DNA of 64,000 bases from a virus (IMGVR_UViG_2926068284_000002:20745-84744); one strand, 5' to 3'; shown: positions 16,757 through 26,429, numbered from the stretch's first letter. Translations and numbers: made by a program. The notes: generated from the sequence alone by a model not told the origin.

Positions 16757-17289
16757 CCGACACCCCGATGACCCCGGACCGTGACCCGTCTCGCCGTGAG
16801 GAGCTGTTGTTCATGCTGCTCCACGGCGGGGCCCGCGACGCGGCCATCGCCCAGCGGGTCGTTGACCTTGCACTGGCCGAGGCGCGCGCCGAGCAGAAGG
16901 CCGAGGCCGACCGGCTGCGGAAGGCCCTGTCCGACGCGGCCGACCAGGTGGCCGAGCTTGAAAGCGACCTGGGTGGGGCGACCGCCCATGTCGCGAGCCT
17001 GAAGGCATCCGTCTGCCGCTGCTTCGATCCGTCCCACCACAACCCGGACTGCGAGCGGGCCGTGGTCGTCTGGAACGGCGTCAAGTACAACGCTGCCGCC
17101 TGGTACCGCGACACCGAAGGCGAGTGGTGGATGACCTACGCCATCGACGACCAGGGGCAGCCGCTGATGCGGGTCTGGAACGACCCGAGCAACGAGCCGG
17201 TGCCCGCCAGCGAAGTCGAGTCGGACTACGGGCCGCTGTACCGATCCGACGACGGGCCGGACGAACTGCGGCAGCCCGAGGGCTTCTGA
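16753..17289 (+). CDS. Hypothetical phage protein (coiled coil plus Trp-rich domain)
   Basis: ggagg RBS; MTDTPMTPDR...WYRDTEGEWW...YGPL. Confidence 0.65.
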   Translation: MTDTPMTPDRDPSRREELLFMLLHGGARDAAIAQRVVDLALAEARAEQKAEADRLRKALSDAADQVAELESDLGGATAHVASLKASVCRCFDPSHHNPDCERAVVVWNGVKYNAAAWYRDTEGEWWMTYAIDDQGQPLMRVWNDPSNEPVPASEVESDYGPLYRSDDGPDELRQPEGF

Positions 17290-17407
17290 TGACCCCGCCG
17301 CCGGCTCCGGCCCCGTTGCCGCCGTGGGAGGACACCGCACGCGAAGTGGCCCGCCGTGACCGCGAATGGTTCGAGCGGGACTATGACAACGACAACGAGG
17401 ACTGACC

Positions 17408-17578
17408 ATGAACGGGTACCCGTACCTGCCCGCCGAGTGCCGCAACAGCCGCTGCGACCACGAACCCAACCGGTGTGTCCGCTACCGGTCCCGGCGTTGC
17501 CTGTCTGGTGAGTGCACCCACGCCCGGAACAACCAGATCTGCGCCGTCAACTACACCACCGTCACGAAGGCCGCCTGA
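17408..17578 (+). CDS. Small Cys-rich protein (56 aa, not in ORF track)
   Basis: gagga RBS; MNGYPYLPAECRNSRCDHEPNRC... Confidence 0.5.
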   Translation: MNGYPYLPAECRNSRCDHEPNRCVRYRSRRCLSGECTHARNNQICAVNYTTVTKAA

Positions 17579-17772
17579 TGGCCACCCCGACACCGAACGG
17601 GTGCCGTCACGACGGCATCGACCAGCGCACCCACGCCCGCCAGTGGACCCAGGACGCCGGATGGCATGCCTGGGAGCAGCCCACCCAGGAGCAGATCAAG
17701 GACCGGATGCGCGCTCGGCGGGCAGCCCGCACGGAACGCATCCGGCACACCGGACCCGACAACGAGGAGTAG
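17578..17772 (+). CDS. Small hypothetical protein
   Basis: TGATG coupling; PNGCRHDGI...HARQW...WH.W..PT. Confidence 0.6.
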   Translation: MATPTPNGCRHDGIDQRTHARQWTQDAGWHAWEQPTQEQIKDRMRARRAARTERIRHTGPDNEE

Positions 17773-17776
17773 ACCG

Positions 17777-18076
17777 ATGAGCATCCGACTCGCAGACCTC
17801 AACATCAGGTGGACCGGCACCGACGACACCACCCCCGACGGGCACGTCCTCGCTCTCGGCACCGGCAGTGCCGGGCTCCTCCGGCTCTGCCTGTACGCCG
17901 GGGTGTCCCCGGCCGACGACCAGTTCCGGGGCTCGCTCCTGCTCCCGCCGGACGGCCACCAGCAGACGTTCCTGCCGGCCCGAACGACCGCCTACGGGCC
18001 GGGCGGCGCATGGGTCACCAGCAGCGGCGACCAGACCAGCATGCTTGCCCGACTCGCCAACCTCGACCAGGAGTAG
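17777..18076 (+). CDS. Hypothetical protein
   Basis: aggag RBS. Confidence 0.6.
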   Translation: MSIRLADLNIRWTGTDDTTPDGHVLALGTGSAGLLRLCLYAGVSPADDQFRGSLLLPPDGHQQTFLPARTTAYGPGGAWVTSSGDQTSMLARLANLDQE

Positions 18077-18080
18077 ACCG

Positions 18081-18293
18081 ATGGTCACCAGGAAGCCCCG
18101 GAAGCCGTGGCGGGTCATTGTCACCGGCCCGGACGCGAACGCCACCTCCGACCACACCAGCGAAGCCAACGCCTACACCCTGGTACGTGCCGCGCTCGGA
18201 GGTGACAGCCCCGCCGAGCAGGCCCGTGTCGAGTACTGGGAGAGAGGCGAGTGGCGGTGGTTCGAGACCGTCACCGCCGACGAAATCCCCTGA
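18081..18293 (+). CDS. Hypothetical protein
   Basis: aggag RBS. Confidence 0.6.
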   Translation: MVTRKPRKPWRVIVTGPDANATSDHTSEANAYTLVRAALGGDSPAEQARVEYWERGEWRWFETVTADEIP

Positions 18294-18348
18294 CCGCCCC
18301 TGGGCTGCTGTGTACGGCACGGCAGCCCACAACCCGAAGGAGAACACC

Positions 18349-18747
18349 ATGCCGTACCCGCAGTACCTCACCGCCGAAGAGAAGCTCGCCCAGGCCAAGC
18401 AAGGCCTCGACCTGCCCCGCATCGTCGTCATCTGCGGCAGCACCCGGTTCATGGCCGACATGCACGAGGCGAACCTCCAGGAGACCGCCGCCGGCCGTAT
18501 CGTCGTCGCGCCGGGCTGCAACATGAAGGAGCCCCACGCCCTGTGGGGCACCCCCGAGCAGGCCGAGCCGCTCAAGGCCCGCCTCGACGCCCTGCACCGG
18601 GCGAAGATCCGGTTGGCGGACGAGGTCCTGGTGGTGGGGGACTACATCGGCGACAGCACCCGCGCGGAGATCCGGTACGCCGCGTCGCTGGGTATGTCGA
18701 TCCGCTACACCCACCCCGAGGTCAACCCCCTGCTGAAGGAGAGCTGA
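18349..18747 (+). CDS. Nucleoside 2-deoxyribosyltransferase-like fold protein
   Basis: IVVICGSTRF...LHRAKIRLADEVLVVGDYIGDSTRAEIRYA. Confidence 0.6.
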   Translation: MPYPQYLTAEEKLAQAKQGLDLPRIVVICGSTRFMADMHEANLQETAAGRIVVAPGCNMKEPHALWGTPEQAEPLKARLDALHRAKIRLADEVLVVGDYIGDSTRAEIRYAASLGMSIRYTHPEVNPLLKES

Positions 18748-18749
18748 CA

Positions 18750-19076
18750 ATGCCCGAATCCCCCTTGGATGCGGCGGTGGCGTACTTCGAGAACCAGTAC
18801 GTGAACCAGTTCTACGGCCACGAGGTCGCCGCCCGGCTGCGTGCACTCGCCGCCGAGGAGCCCGTACCTGCCGACCGGGCCGCGACCCTCACCGAGGAGA
18901 ACACCCGCCTCCGCGGCACCCTGGACCGAGTACGCGCCCTGCAGGACGAACTGGGGCAGTACGACGAGTTCGCCTCCCCTGAGGACGAAATCACGCGCGG
19001 TGTAGCCGCCGAGAGGATCGCTCACGCACTGGACGGCCTCGCCGCCGACAACACAACCCAGGAGCCCCCGCGATGA
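18750..19076 (+). CDS. Hypothetical protein
   Basis: aaggag RBS; coiled coil. Confidence 0.55.
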   Translation: MPESPLDAAVAYFENQYVNQFYGHEVAARLRALAAEEPVPADRAATLTEENTRLRGTLDRVRALQDELGQYDEFASPEDEITRGVAAERIAHALDGLAADNTTQEPPR

Positions 19077-19330
19077 TCCAGCCCGGACAGACCTACCGCA
19101 GCCTCAGCAACCGTCACCACCCGTCAGATGGGCCCACCCGCATCCGGATCACCAACGCCCCGATCGGCGCCACCGACATCGACGGCATGCGGAAGGTCTA
19201 TGTCGCAACCGTCACCCGCGACGGGCGCGAGATCCGCCCCCGCTGGATGCGAGCCGACAAGCTCCACACCACACCCACCACCCGCGACGGGGCAGCCCGC
19301 CGCACCGGATACGTCCTGGAGAACACGTGA
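19073..19330 (+). CDS. Hypothetical phage protein
   Basis: MIQPGQTYRS...RRTGY; ATGA coupling. Confidence 0.6.
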   Translation: MIQPGQTYRSLSNRHHPSDGPTRIRITNAPIGATDIDGMRKVYVATVTRDGREIRPRWMRADKLHTTPTTRDGAARRTGYVLENT

Positions 19331-19548
19331 CGGCCAGCTACCCGCGCATCAACCTGCCCCGAGACCAGGTCCTCGCCCTACTCGCCGAGCACCGGGACCC
19401 CGACGCCGACCACCGAATCCACCTCCGCCCCGACGGCGGATGGGTCATCGTCACCGCCACCCACGTTCTCCCCGACGGCACGGTCGACCAAGCGGCAAGC
19501 ACCGACGACACCCTCGCCATGCACAACGAAGACCTCCAGCAGATGTAA
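19327..19548 (+). CDS. Hypothetical protein
   Basis: GTGA coupling; followed by a hairpin at about 19562-19590. Confidence 0.5.
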   Translation: MTASYPRINLPRDQVLALLAEHRDPDADHRIHLRPDGGWVIVTATHVLPDGTVDQAASTDDTLAMHNEDLQQM

Positions 19549-19652
19549 CCACCCCCAACCTGGGCCCGCCCTGAACCATCTGGCGGGCCCGAGGCGTTGT
19601 GCGGGCGCGGCCAGCGGGAACACTCCAAGCAGGTCAACGAACGGAGAACCCC

Positions 19653-19817
19653 ATGGCCAGACAACGCGGCAAGGTCCGATCCCAAGCCCAATGGCGCTGG
19701 GCCTTCGCCACCCGGCAGCGCTTCGCACACCGCTGGGCCCGAGCCCGGAAACGCAGCCACGGCAAGGCCACCGGCTACCGCACACTCCCCGCCCGCAAGG
19801 GCATCCGCCGCCGCTAA
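19653..19817 (+). CDS. Small, highly basic protein
   Basis: ggaga RBS; MARQRGKVRSQAQWRWAFA...RKGIRRR. Confidence 0.6.
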   Translation: MARQRGKVRSQAQWRWAFATRQRFAHRWARARKRSHGKATGYRTLPARKGIRRR

Positions 19818-21514
19818 GCCGCCACCTCAGGCCGCGAGCCCCCGCCCACCGGCTCCTCCTCGTCCTCGTCCGGCTCCTCCGACTGGCCCTCGTCGTACCC
19901 GGGCTCCACATCGTCGTCCGGCTGCTCCTCGTCCGGGCCCTCGGTGCGCGCGCTGAACGGATCCCCGGCCGGCGTCTCCTGCGTCTTGTCGTCCCTGATC
20001 CGCCGCACCTCCGTCAACACCTCCGCGTCATCCCAGGCCGGCTCCCGCATCTTCACCTTCATGAACGTCGAGATCGCCCCCGCCGCGTCCAGCAGCGACA
20101 AGGTGCGCGCCGTTGCCTCCGGGTCCGGCTGCACCGCCTGAGGCCACGACGCGGTCAACTCCACCGCCGGGTCCACACCCTTCGCCCCGCAGTGCCTCAC
20201 GTCGACCTGCATCAGCGTCGTCAGGTGCTCCAGCAGCGCCGGCCGCTGATACAAGACCTTCAAGCCGCGGGTCGTCAGCGACTCCTCCTTGCGGGCCGCG
20301 ACCTCCGTCGCCGTCACCGCCACCGACCCCTCCTCCCCATACGACTGCGCCGAGTAGCCGGCCGACGCCAAGATCTGCCGGCGCAACGCCTTCGTCGTCC
20401 GCTCATGCTCCTCGACCCGGATCTTGAACTGGACCTCGGTAATCGAGTCCTTCATCGTCTCCGCACCCAGCAGCCCCGTGAGGGCCACGATCAGCTCCCT
20501 GTCAAAGTCGAAGCTGGCACCCGACCCAGGGCCGTCCGTGTCGAGCATTGACTGCGGCACCACAACCTTCGCCTTGCCCAGCCTCAGGTCCCGCATCCAG
20601 GACGTCCAGCTCTCATCGAGCGCGTCCATCATCGGCTCGATGCCCGCATAGTCGGAGCGCCCGAGCGGGGCGGTGTCCGGCACCCCGTCCCAGATTCTGT
20701 TGGGCAGCACGTTCGGCATGTGCGTGATCAGCAGCCGGTCGATGCCCGTCGCCTGCCGGCCGTGGGGGTCGGTGCGCTGCACGAGGAACTCGGTCTCATG
20801 ATGGTCGGCGAACGACATCAGCATGCCGAGAGTGGTGGCATCGCCCCTGTACACCCCGTACTCGATCAGCCCCGGGGTGTGGTACTCCAGCAGCCGCCAC
20901 ACACCCTCGCCGTCATCCAGTGGCTCCAGCTCCCGCCACACCGTCGCCGCGGCGAGCATGCCCCACCGCCACTCCGGGACCACAGCGGTCGCCTGAATTA
21001 CGTCCGACCACGGGCGAGGGCGCAACGTCTTGTCCCACACCACTCGCAGGTACACGTTCGACAAGCCGGCGGCCAGCTCGGCGGCCTCCCGCATCTTCGC
21101 GTGACCCCGGTCGTCGAGGTACCGGCCGATCTGCGCCTGCGTCGACACGGCCGTCGCCCTGTCCGTCGAGTCCAAGTCGACAGTCACCTGCGGCACCTCG
21201 GCCCACAGCAAGTTCGCGGACATCTCCGCAATGTCCCCGCCGATCGGCACATGCAGCTTTGCCGCCTGCTGGCCTGGTGACGGGTCCTGCCCCCAGAACA
21301 TCCGCAACTCATCACCGCCCACCGCACGGCGCCGGTCCACGTCGAAGTACGCGCGCGCCATCCCGTTCCGGGTGTAGGCGGCCGTGCCCCCGTACACCTG
21401 CGCCAGATGCCCGGTGTCGCCGGCGTACCAGGCCCGCCACATGTCCATGTCGGCATGCGGAATCTCCAGGCGAGGGGGCGGCCACGGGGTGTTCCCAGAC
21501 GGAGGCAGCGGCAT
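19814..21514 (-). CDS. Phage portal protein (SPP1/A118-like)
   Basis: 566 aa downstream of terL; PLGRSDYAGI, TATEV motif, acidic tail. Confidence 0.9.
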   Translation of the reverse strand: MPLPPSGNTPWPPPRLEIPHADMDMWRAWYAGDTGHLAQVYGGTAAYTRNGMARAYFDVDRRRAVGGDELRMFWGQDPSPGQQAAKLHVPIGGDIAEMSANLLWAEVPQVTVDLDSTDRATAVSTQAQIGRYLDDRGHAKMREAAELAAGLSNVYLRVVWDKTLRPRPWSDVIQATAVVPEWRWGMLAAATVWRELEPLDDGEGVWRLLEYHTPGLIEYGVYRGDATTLGMLMSFADHHETEFLVQRTDPHGRQATGIDRLLITHMPNVLPNRIWDGVPDTAPLGRSDYAGIEPMMDALDESWTSWMRDLRLGKAKVVVPQSMLDTDGPGSGASFDFDRELIVALTGLLGAETMKDSITEVQFKIRVEEHERTTKALRRQILASAGYSAQSYGEEGSVAVTATEVAARKEESLTTRGLKVLYQRPALLEHLTTLMQVDVRHCGAKGVDPAVELTASWPQAVQPDPEATARTLSLLDAAGAISTFMKVKMREPAWDDAEVLTEVRRIRDDKTQETPAGDPFSARTEGPDEEQPDDDVEPGYDEGQSEEPDEDEEEPVGGGSRPEVAA

Positions 21515-21529
21515 GACAGATCCTTTCGA

Positions 21530-22777
21530 TCAGGCGGCCAGGGCGAGCTGGCGCTGCCACAGGGCACGAGTAGTGAAGATCGCGTAGCGGAGGGCGTCGA
21601 CACCATGGTCGGCAACCTTGATGGGCTTGTCCTCACCCTTCTCAGCAGCCTTGTCATCCCAGGCGTAGCCCGGCATCTCGCCGATCAGCGCCTTGCAGGA
21701 GGAGTGGACGACGAGCTTGCCCGCAGAGAGAAGACTCGACATGGTGCGTATGCCATCCAGCACGGCGTTGTTCGCCGGCGTCGGGGTGAGCCTGTCGCGC
21801 CGCAACTGGGCAGAGAACGAAGCCGCCGAAGGGTCCACCGTCACGAACTGAGGCCGGACCGGGCCTATGCCAGCGACGTTCGACAGCCAACCCCGCATGC
21901 GCTCCGAATACTCAATATCCGTGAGCTGGCGCCGCTGCTGGCGGCCGTCGTACCGCCACTCGGAAGCCGCGTACAGCCGGCGGTCCCGTCCTAGGCCGAG
22001 GAGGGTGGCGTGGAACGGGTTGGTCTGGCCATAGTCCACGCCAACGCTGATCCACTTGGCGATCTCGGGCAGCGTGTCGACGACGTGCTTCTCCTCATCC
22101 CACATGTCGAAGATCGAACCTTCGGCAGCAATCCACTCCCCGAGGACGAAGCGGCGGTACCAGAGGCCCACGAACTCGTTTTTGATCGAGTTCTTGTAGT
22201 CGTCGCCCAGAGACGGGTTGTCGTCGAGCACGTAGTGCCAGTACCGGATGCCTAGTTCGTCACGGCGGTCGATGAAGTCCCGCTTTAGCCAATGGGCCGG
22301 CGACCCGGGATTGGTGGAGGCAAAGAGCTTCGCCCCGGGCACGCTCATGCGGCCCAGCAACTGTGTCCAGAACTCTTGCGGTACGAGCGTCGCCTCGTCG
22401 ACGAGGGCGCCTGCGCAGGTCATGCCTCGCAGGCGCTCCTCCGCTCTGCTGTCATTCGCGCCGATGACCCGGACCTGCCGACCCAGGATGGTCGCGGTCG
22501 GCGCACCCCGCGTGTAGTGCACGTGCTGCGCCAGCGGGCCGAAGAGGTTCGGGTCCTGGAGAGGGATGAAGACGTTCGACGCCGCGGTGTTGGTGGTCTT
22601 CGCGATGACCGCGAGCTCCCCACCGGAGGGTGCCGTGGCCACGTACATGATCCACCGCAGCAGCGTGGAGATAGTTTTGCCAGCACGGATTGACCCGGAA
22701 GCGATGTTGATTCGTGCGTTGCTGTTCGCGACGAAGTCCAACTGCTTCCGGGACATCCCAAGCTCGGCTGCTTTCAC
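21530..22777 (-). CDS. terL: Terminase large subunit (PBSX-like)
   Basis: GSIRAGKT Walker A, LVDEA Walker B, STNP motif, GVDYG and DHGVDALRY nuclease motifs. Confidence 0.95.
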   Translation of the reverse strand: MKAAELGMSRKQLDFVANSNARINIASGSIRAGKTISTLLRWIMYVATAPSGGELAVIAKTTNTAASNVFIPLQDPNLFGPLAQHVHYTRGAPTATILGRQVRVIGANDSRAEERLRGMTCAGALVDEATLVPQEFWTQLLGRMSVPGAKLFASTNPGSPAHWLKRDFIDRRDELGIRYWHYVLDDNPSLGDDYKNSIKNEFVGLWYRRFVLGEWIAAEGSIFDMWDEEKHVVDTLPEIAKWISVGVDYGQTNPFHATLLGLGRDRRLYAASEWRYDGRQQRRQLTDIEYSERMRGWLSNVAGIGPVRPQFVTVDPSAASFSAQLRRDRLTPTPANNAVLDGIRTMSSLLSAGKLVVHSSCKALIGEMPGYAWDDKAAEKGEDKPIKVADHGVDALRYAIFTTRALWQRQLALAA

Positions 22778-23319
22778 GTGGCGGACTCGCTGCTGCCGCC
22801 GGTGTCGTCGTTGACCAGGGCGCTGATGCCCTGTGCGAGCTTCCCGAGCATCGACTTGGCCTCGTCGGCGCCGCCGGTGGCCTGCTCCGGGGGTGCGAGC
22901 TTGAGGCTGCGGTCGATGGCGGCGCCGGCGGCCATGATGAGGATGCGCCGCTCGGCGTGGGGGGCTTCGGGGAAGGTCTCGGAGTTGAAGCTGTTCTCCT
23001 TGCCGCCGAAGGCGTACACGGTGGTCGGCTCGTGGATCTTCTGGAGCGACTCCTCGGCAATGTCGGTCAGCTTCTCGGCGAGGAGGGATCGGCGTTCGGC
23101 GAGGTCGGCGACGCGCGCCACTGTCGCTGCCTGGATGGCGGACCGGTCGAAGGTGAGGCCGAGGTGTTCTGCGGTGCGGGATACGCAGCCCGTGGCTATG
23201 CCCATCTCGCGGGCGATGACGTTGCGGCCCTTCCCTTCGGCGTGGAGTTCGCGGAGTTGGTCCCACCGGTCGCGTGCCATCGTCCCTCGGGGCTTCGGGG
23301 CCTCCTGCTTGTTGGCCAT
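22774..23319 (-). CDS. Putative terminase small subunit (N-terminal HTH)
   Basis: LHAEGKGRNVIAREMGIATGCVSR; coupled to terL. Confidence 0.75.
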   Translation of the reverse strand: MANKQEAPKPRGTMARDRWDQLRELHAEGKGRNVIAREMGIATGCVSRTAEHLGLTFDRSAIQAATVARVADLAERRSLLAEKLTDIAEESLQKIHEPTTVYAFGGKENSFNSETFPEAPHAERRILIMAAGAAIDRSLKLAPPEQATGGADEAKSMLGKLAQGISALVNDDTGGSSESAT

Positions 23320-24188
23320 CAGGCCCTCCTATCGGTTTGTGCGGCCCGGCGTAGCAGGGTGGGTAGTGGTGTGCCGTCGACGGGCCAGGTGGGGGAGTAG
23401 GGGATGGTCCAGCACCGGCAGTGCGGGTGCAGCGGGGGACCTGTGGGGGCGGTGGCGAACACGGTGCGCCGCGGGTCGAGGCTGAGGGCGGCGGGGAACC
23501 GTTGGCCGGCGGTGACGCTGCGCCCGGCGTAGGCGGCGCAGGCGGGGCAGGCTCCGGGTTCGGCGACCCAGAGGAGCCGGGTGGTGGGCCCGATAGCGCG
23601 GGCGACTGCTGTGGCGGCGTGTGCGGCAGCACTGGTGACGGCGACTGCGGCGTGGCGGGCGATGCGGGTGACGGCGTGCCGGGCCCGGTTGAACACCCCT
23701 GTGACGCCTGCGAATCCGAGGGCGGTGACGCTGGCCGCCGTGAGGAGCGCCAGGGCCCGCTGGTGCTCGTCTTCGACTGCTGCGGGTACGGCGTCGGCCG
23801 TGGTGGCGGCTTCCGATCCGATGGTGGGTCGTACCGGCGGGGTGGGGGTGCCGCTCATGGTGGCGGCGAGCGCGGAGGCTTGCCGGGCGCTGAGCTGGGC
23901 GGAGTTGAACGCGGCGATACGGATGGTGTCTGTGGCCAGCTTGCCTTTGCCTCGGAACGCGTCGGCGAGCGCCTGCTTGATGGCCGTGATGAGCCGGTCC
24001 AGGGCGCTGGGCGAGGGGAGTGCCTGCCGGTCGGTGGCGTGGAGCCATTGCCGTGTGGCGGTCTTCTGTGCGTCGGCGAGTGCGCGGGCGAGGGGGGCTG
24101 CGGCGTCGTGGGCGGCCTGTTGCTCGATGCGGCGTAGTGCGGCTGGGAGTTGCCGCGCGGTGTCGGCTATGCGGTTGCTGCTGACCAT
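23319..24188 (-). CDS. MuF/gp7-like minor head protein
   Basis: C-terminal WVAEPGACPAC...PPLHPHCRC. Confidence 0.8.
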   Translation of the reverse strand: MVSSNRIADTARQLPAALRRIEQQAAHDAAAPLARALADAQKTATRQWLHATDRQALPSPSALDRLITAIKQALADAFRGKGKLATDTIRIAAFNSAQLSARQASALAATMSGTPTPPVRPTIGSEAATTADAVPAAVEDEHQRALALLTAASVTALGFAGVTGVFNRARHAVTRIARHAAVAVTSAAAHAATAVARAIGPTTRLLWVAEPGACPACAAYAGRSVTAGQRFPAALSLDPRRTVFATAPTGPPLHPHCRCWTIPYSPTWPVDGTPLPTLLRRAAQTDRRA

Positions 24189-24343
24189 CCCCCACCACCC
24201 CTTGATCCTTGGAATCTAAGGACATCTTGCGCTATGACCTTTGATTGTGCAGCATTGTGGTGGGTTCAGGGTTAACATCTGGGCTAACACGCCAGCGGAC
24301 AAGGCGCCGCCAACGCGTGCAGGCCGCCCAAGGAGGCACCGAG

Positions 24344-25144
24344 ATGACGACCCCCGCCCCCGCAGCACCCGAGGGAACCACGGCAGACCCCGGCACCCAG
24401 TCGGCCACCCCGCCCAACCCCCCGGCCGCACCAGCCGCACCGGCCCAGCCAGAGCCGGCCGCACCCACCACCCCCTCCGGGCCGGTCACCGAACCGAAGC
24501 CCAGCGAACCCAAGGCCAAGGCGCCCAAGTTCGAAGGCGACTTCGACCCCGCCCGGTTCGAAAAGCTCGTCGAGAACCTCCGCGGCGACGTCGCAGCCGA
24601 GAAGGCCAAGCGCGAAGCCCTGGAACAGAAGGCCAAGGACGACCAAGACACCCTCATGAAGCGGGTGGCCAAGGCGTTCGGCCTGGAGACCGACGAGGCC
24701 AAGCCGCCCACCCCCGAAGAGCTCGCCCAGCAGCTGGAAGAGGCGCAGACCCGGACCAAGGCGTCCGACGATCGCGCCCGCCAGCGAGAGGTCGAACTCG
24801 CCGTCTACAAGACGGCGTCGAGGCACGGCGGCGACCCCGACGCACTGCTCGACTCACGCAACTTCGCCAACGCCATCTCGAAGCTCGACCCGACCGCGGC
24901 CGACTTCGACGACCAGGTCGGCAAGGCAGTGAAGACGGCAGTCGACAGCAACTCCAAGCTCGCGGCCAAGGCGCCGCAGCCCAAGGAGCCGGAGCCCACC
25001 CCCGCAGGTGGTGCACCGATGGACGGGGCCGGTGGGAGCAAGAAGCAGCTGGGCGAGGCGGATCTATCTCGCATGACTCCCAAGCAGATCAACCAGGCCA
25101 TGGCCGAAGGGCGGTTCGACCGCTACCTGGGCAGGGCCGGATAA
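24344..25144 (+). CDS. Capsid scaffolding protein
   Basis: aaggagg RBS; Pro-rich N-terminus, coiled coil, precedes the major capsid gene. Confidence 0.8.
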   Translation: MTTPAPAAPEGTTADPGTQSATPPNPPAAPAAPAQPEPAAPTTPSGPVTEPKPSEPKAKAPKFEGDFDPARFEKLVENLRGDVAAEKAKREALEQKAKDDQDTLMKRVAKAFGLETDEAKPPTPEELAQQLEEAQTRTKASDDRARQREVELAVYKTASRHGGDPDALLDSRNFANAISKLDPTAADFDDQVGKAVKTAVDSNSKLAAKAPQPKEPEPTPAGGAPMDGAGGSKKQLGEADLSRMTPKQINQAMAEGRFDRYLGRAG

Positions 25145-25153
25145 GGACCCACC

Positions 25154-26014
25154 ATGTCGGTCGCGCTGTTCAAGCCCCAGATCTGGTCCGCCCAGATCCT
25201 GGCCGGTCTGGACGAGGCACTCGTCTACGCGCAGCCCCAGATCGTCAACCGCGACTACGAGGGTGAGATCACCTCGCAGGGCCAGTCGGTGCGGATCGTC
25301 ACCATCGGCGACCCGTCGATCTTCCCCTACAAGTCCGGCGACACGATCAACTACGAGGACATCGACACCGCCGGGCTGGACCTGCCCATCGACCAGGGCG
25401 ACGCGTTCGCGTTCAAGCTCGACGACGTCGACAAGGCGCAGGTCGCCCTCAACCCGATGGCGAAGACCACCCAGCGCGCGGCCAGGAAGCTCGCCGCCCA
25501 GGCCGACCGGTACGTCGCCTCCCTGTACACCGGGGTCGCCCCGTCCAACGTCGTCGGCTCTTCCGGCTCCCCGGTCAACATCGTGTCCAACCCCAAGGAC
25601 GCCTGGGACAAGGTCCTGATCCCGCTCCGCACCAAGCTGAACAGGGCCAACGTCCCCGGCATGGACCGGTACGTCGTCGTCAGCCCGGAGTTCACCGGGG
25701 CGCTCCTCCAGGACGACCGGTTTGTCCGCGTCGACGCCTCCGGCAGCGAACAGGGCCTCCGCAACGGCATCGTCGGCCGCGCCGCCGGCTTCGACGTCCT
25801 GGAGTCCAACGTCACCCCGAACCCGTCGTCGGACACCCAGGTCATCCAGGCCGGCTACCCCGGTGCCCTCACCTTCGTGGACCAGATCCTGGAGACCGAG
25901 GCGCTGCGACTGGAGTCGACGATCGCCGACGCCGTCCGTGGCCTTCACGTGTACGGCGCGAAGCTGATCCGTCCCGAGGGCATCGCCGTCGCCTACGTCG
26001 ACCCGTCCGCCTGA
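25154..26014 (+). CDS. Major capsid protein
   Basis: FKPQIWSAQIL...NRDYEGEI...AVRGLHVYGAKLIRPE. Confidence 0.9.
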   Translation: MSVALFKPQIWSAQILAGLDEALVYAQPQIVNRDYEGEITSQGQSVRIVTIGDPSIFPYKSGDTINYEDIDTAGLDLPIDQGDAFAFKLDDVDKAQVALNPMAKTTQRAARKLAAQADRYVASLYTGVAPSNVVGSSGSPVNIVSNPKDAWDKVLIPLRTKLNRANVPGMDRYVVVSPEFTGALLQDDRFVRVDASGSEQGLRNGIVGRAAGFDVLESNVTPNPSSDTQVIQAGYPGALTFVDQILETEALRLESTIADAVRGLHVYGAKLIRPEGIAVAYVDPSA

Positions 26015-26054
26015 TCCCTCCCACCACCTCGTCGGCGTTCTCTCTGGAGGAATC

Positions 26055-26429
26055 ATGCCGCGCACTGCTCTCACCCCGACCAACCTCGGCGTCACCGACG
26101 TCGCCGACCCGACCGGCACCACGATCGACTCGACGCTCGTGACGAACGGCGTCGTCATCAACACCGCCGACCCGTCCCGCACCGTGCTCCGCGTCGCGAA
26201 CTCGGCCGGCTCCGCGAAGAAGGTCACCGTCCGCGCCGGCGGCAAGGACGGCCCGGCCTGGATGCGCACCCAGGGCGACACCGAGGTGTCCGTCGGCGCC
26301 TCCGGCACCCGGTGGATCGGCCCGTTCTCCGAGGCCCGCTACCTCCAGCACGGCGGGAAGCTCCACGTCGACTTCGAGTCCGGGTTCACCGGTACCGTCA
26401 CCGCGTTCAAGCTCGCCCGGAGCCTGTGA
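26055..26429 (+). CDS. Putative capsid decoration/structural protein
   Basis: Beta-rich 124 aa directly after the major capsid gene. Confidence 0.6.
   Translation: MPRTALTPTNLGVTDVADPTGTTIDSTLVTNGVVINTADPSRTVLRVANSAGSAKKVTVRAGGKDGPAWMRTQGDTEVSVGASGTRWIGPFSEARYLQHGGKLHVDFESGFTGTVTAFKLARSL

Noticed and set aside
19814-24188. Invertible segment flipped by the serine recombinase
   Set aside because: No flanking inverted repeats seen, and the gene order is not that of a simple inversion.
23319-24188. MuF polymorphic toxin
   Set aside because: The protein ends shortly after the HPHCRC motif, with no toxin extension or immunity gene.
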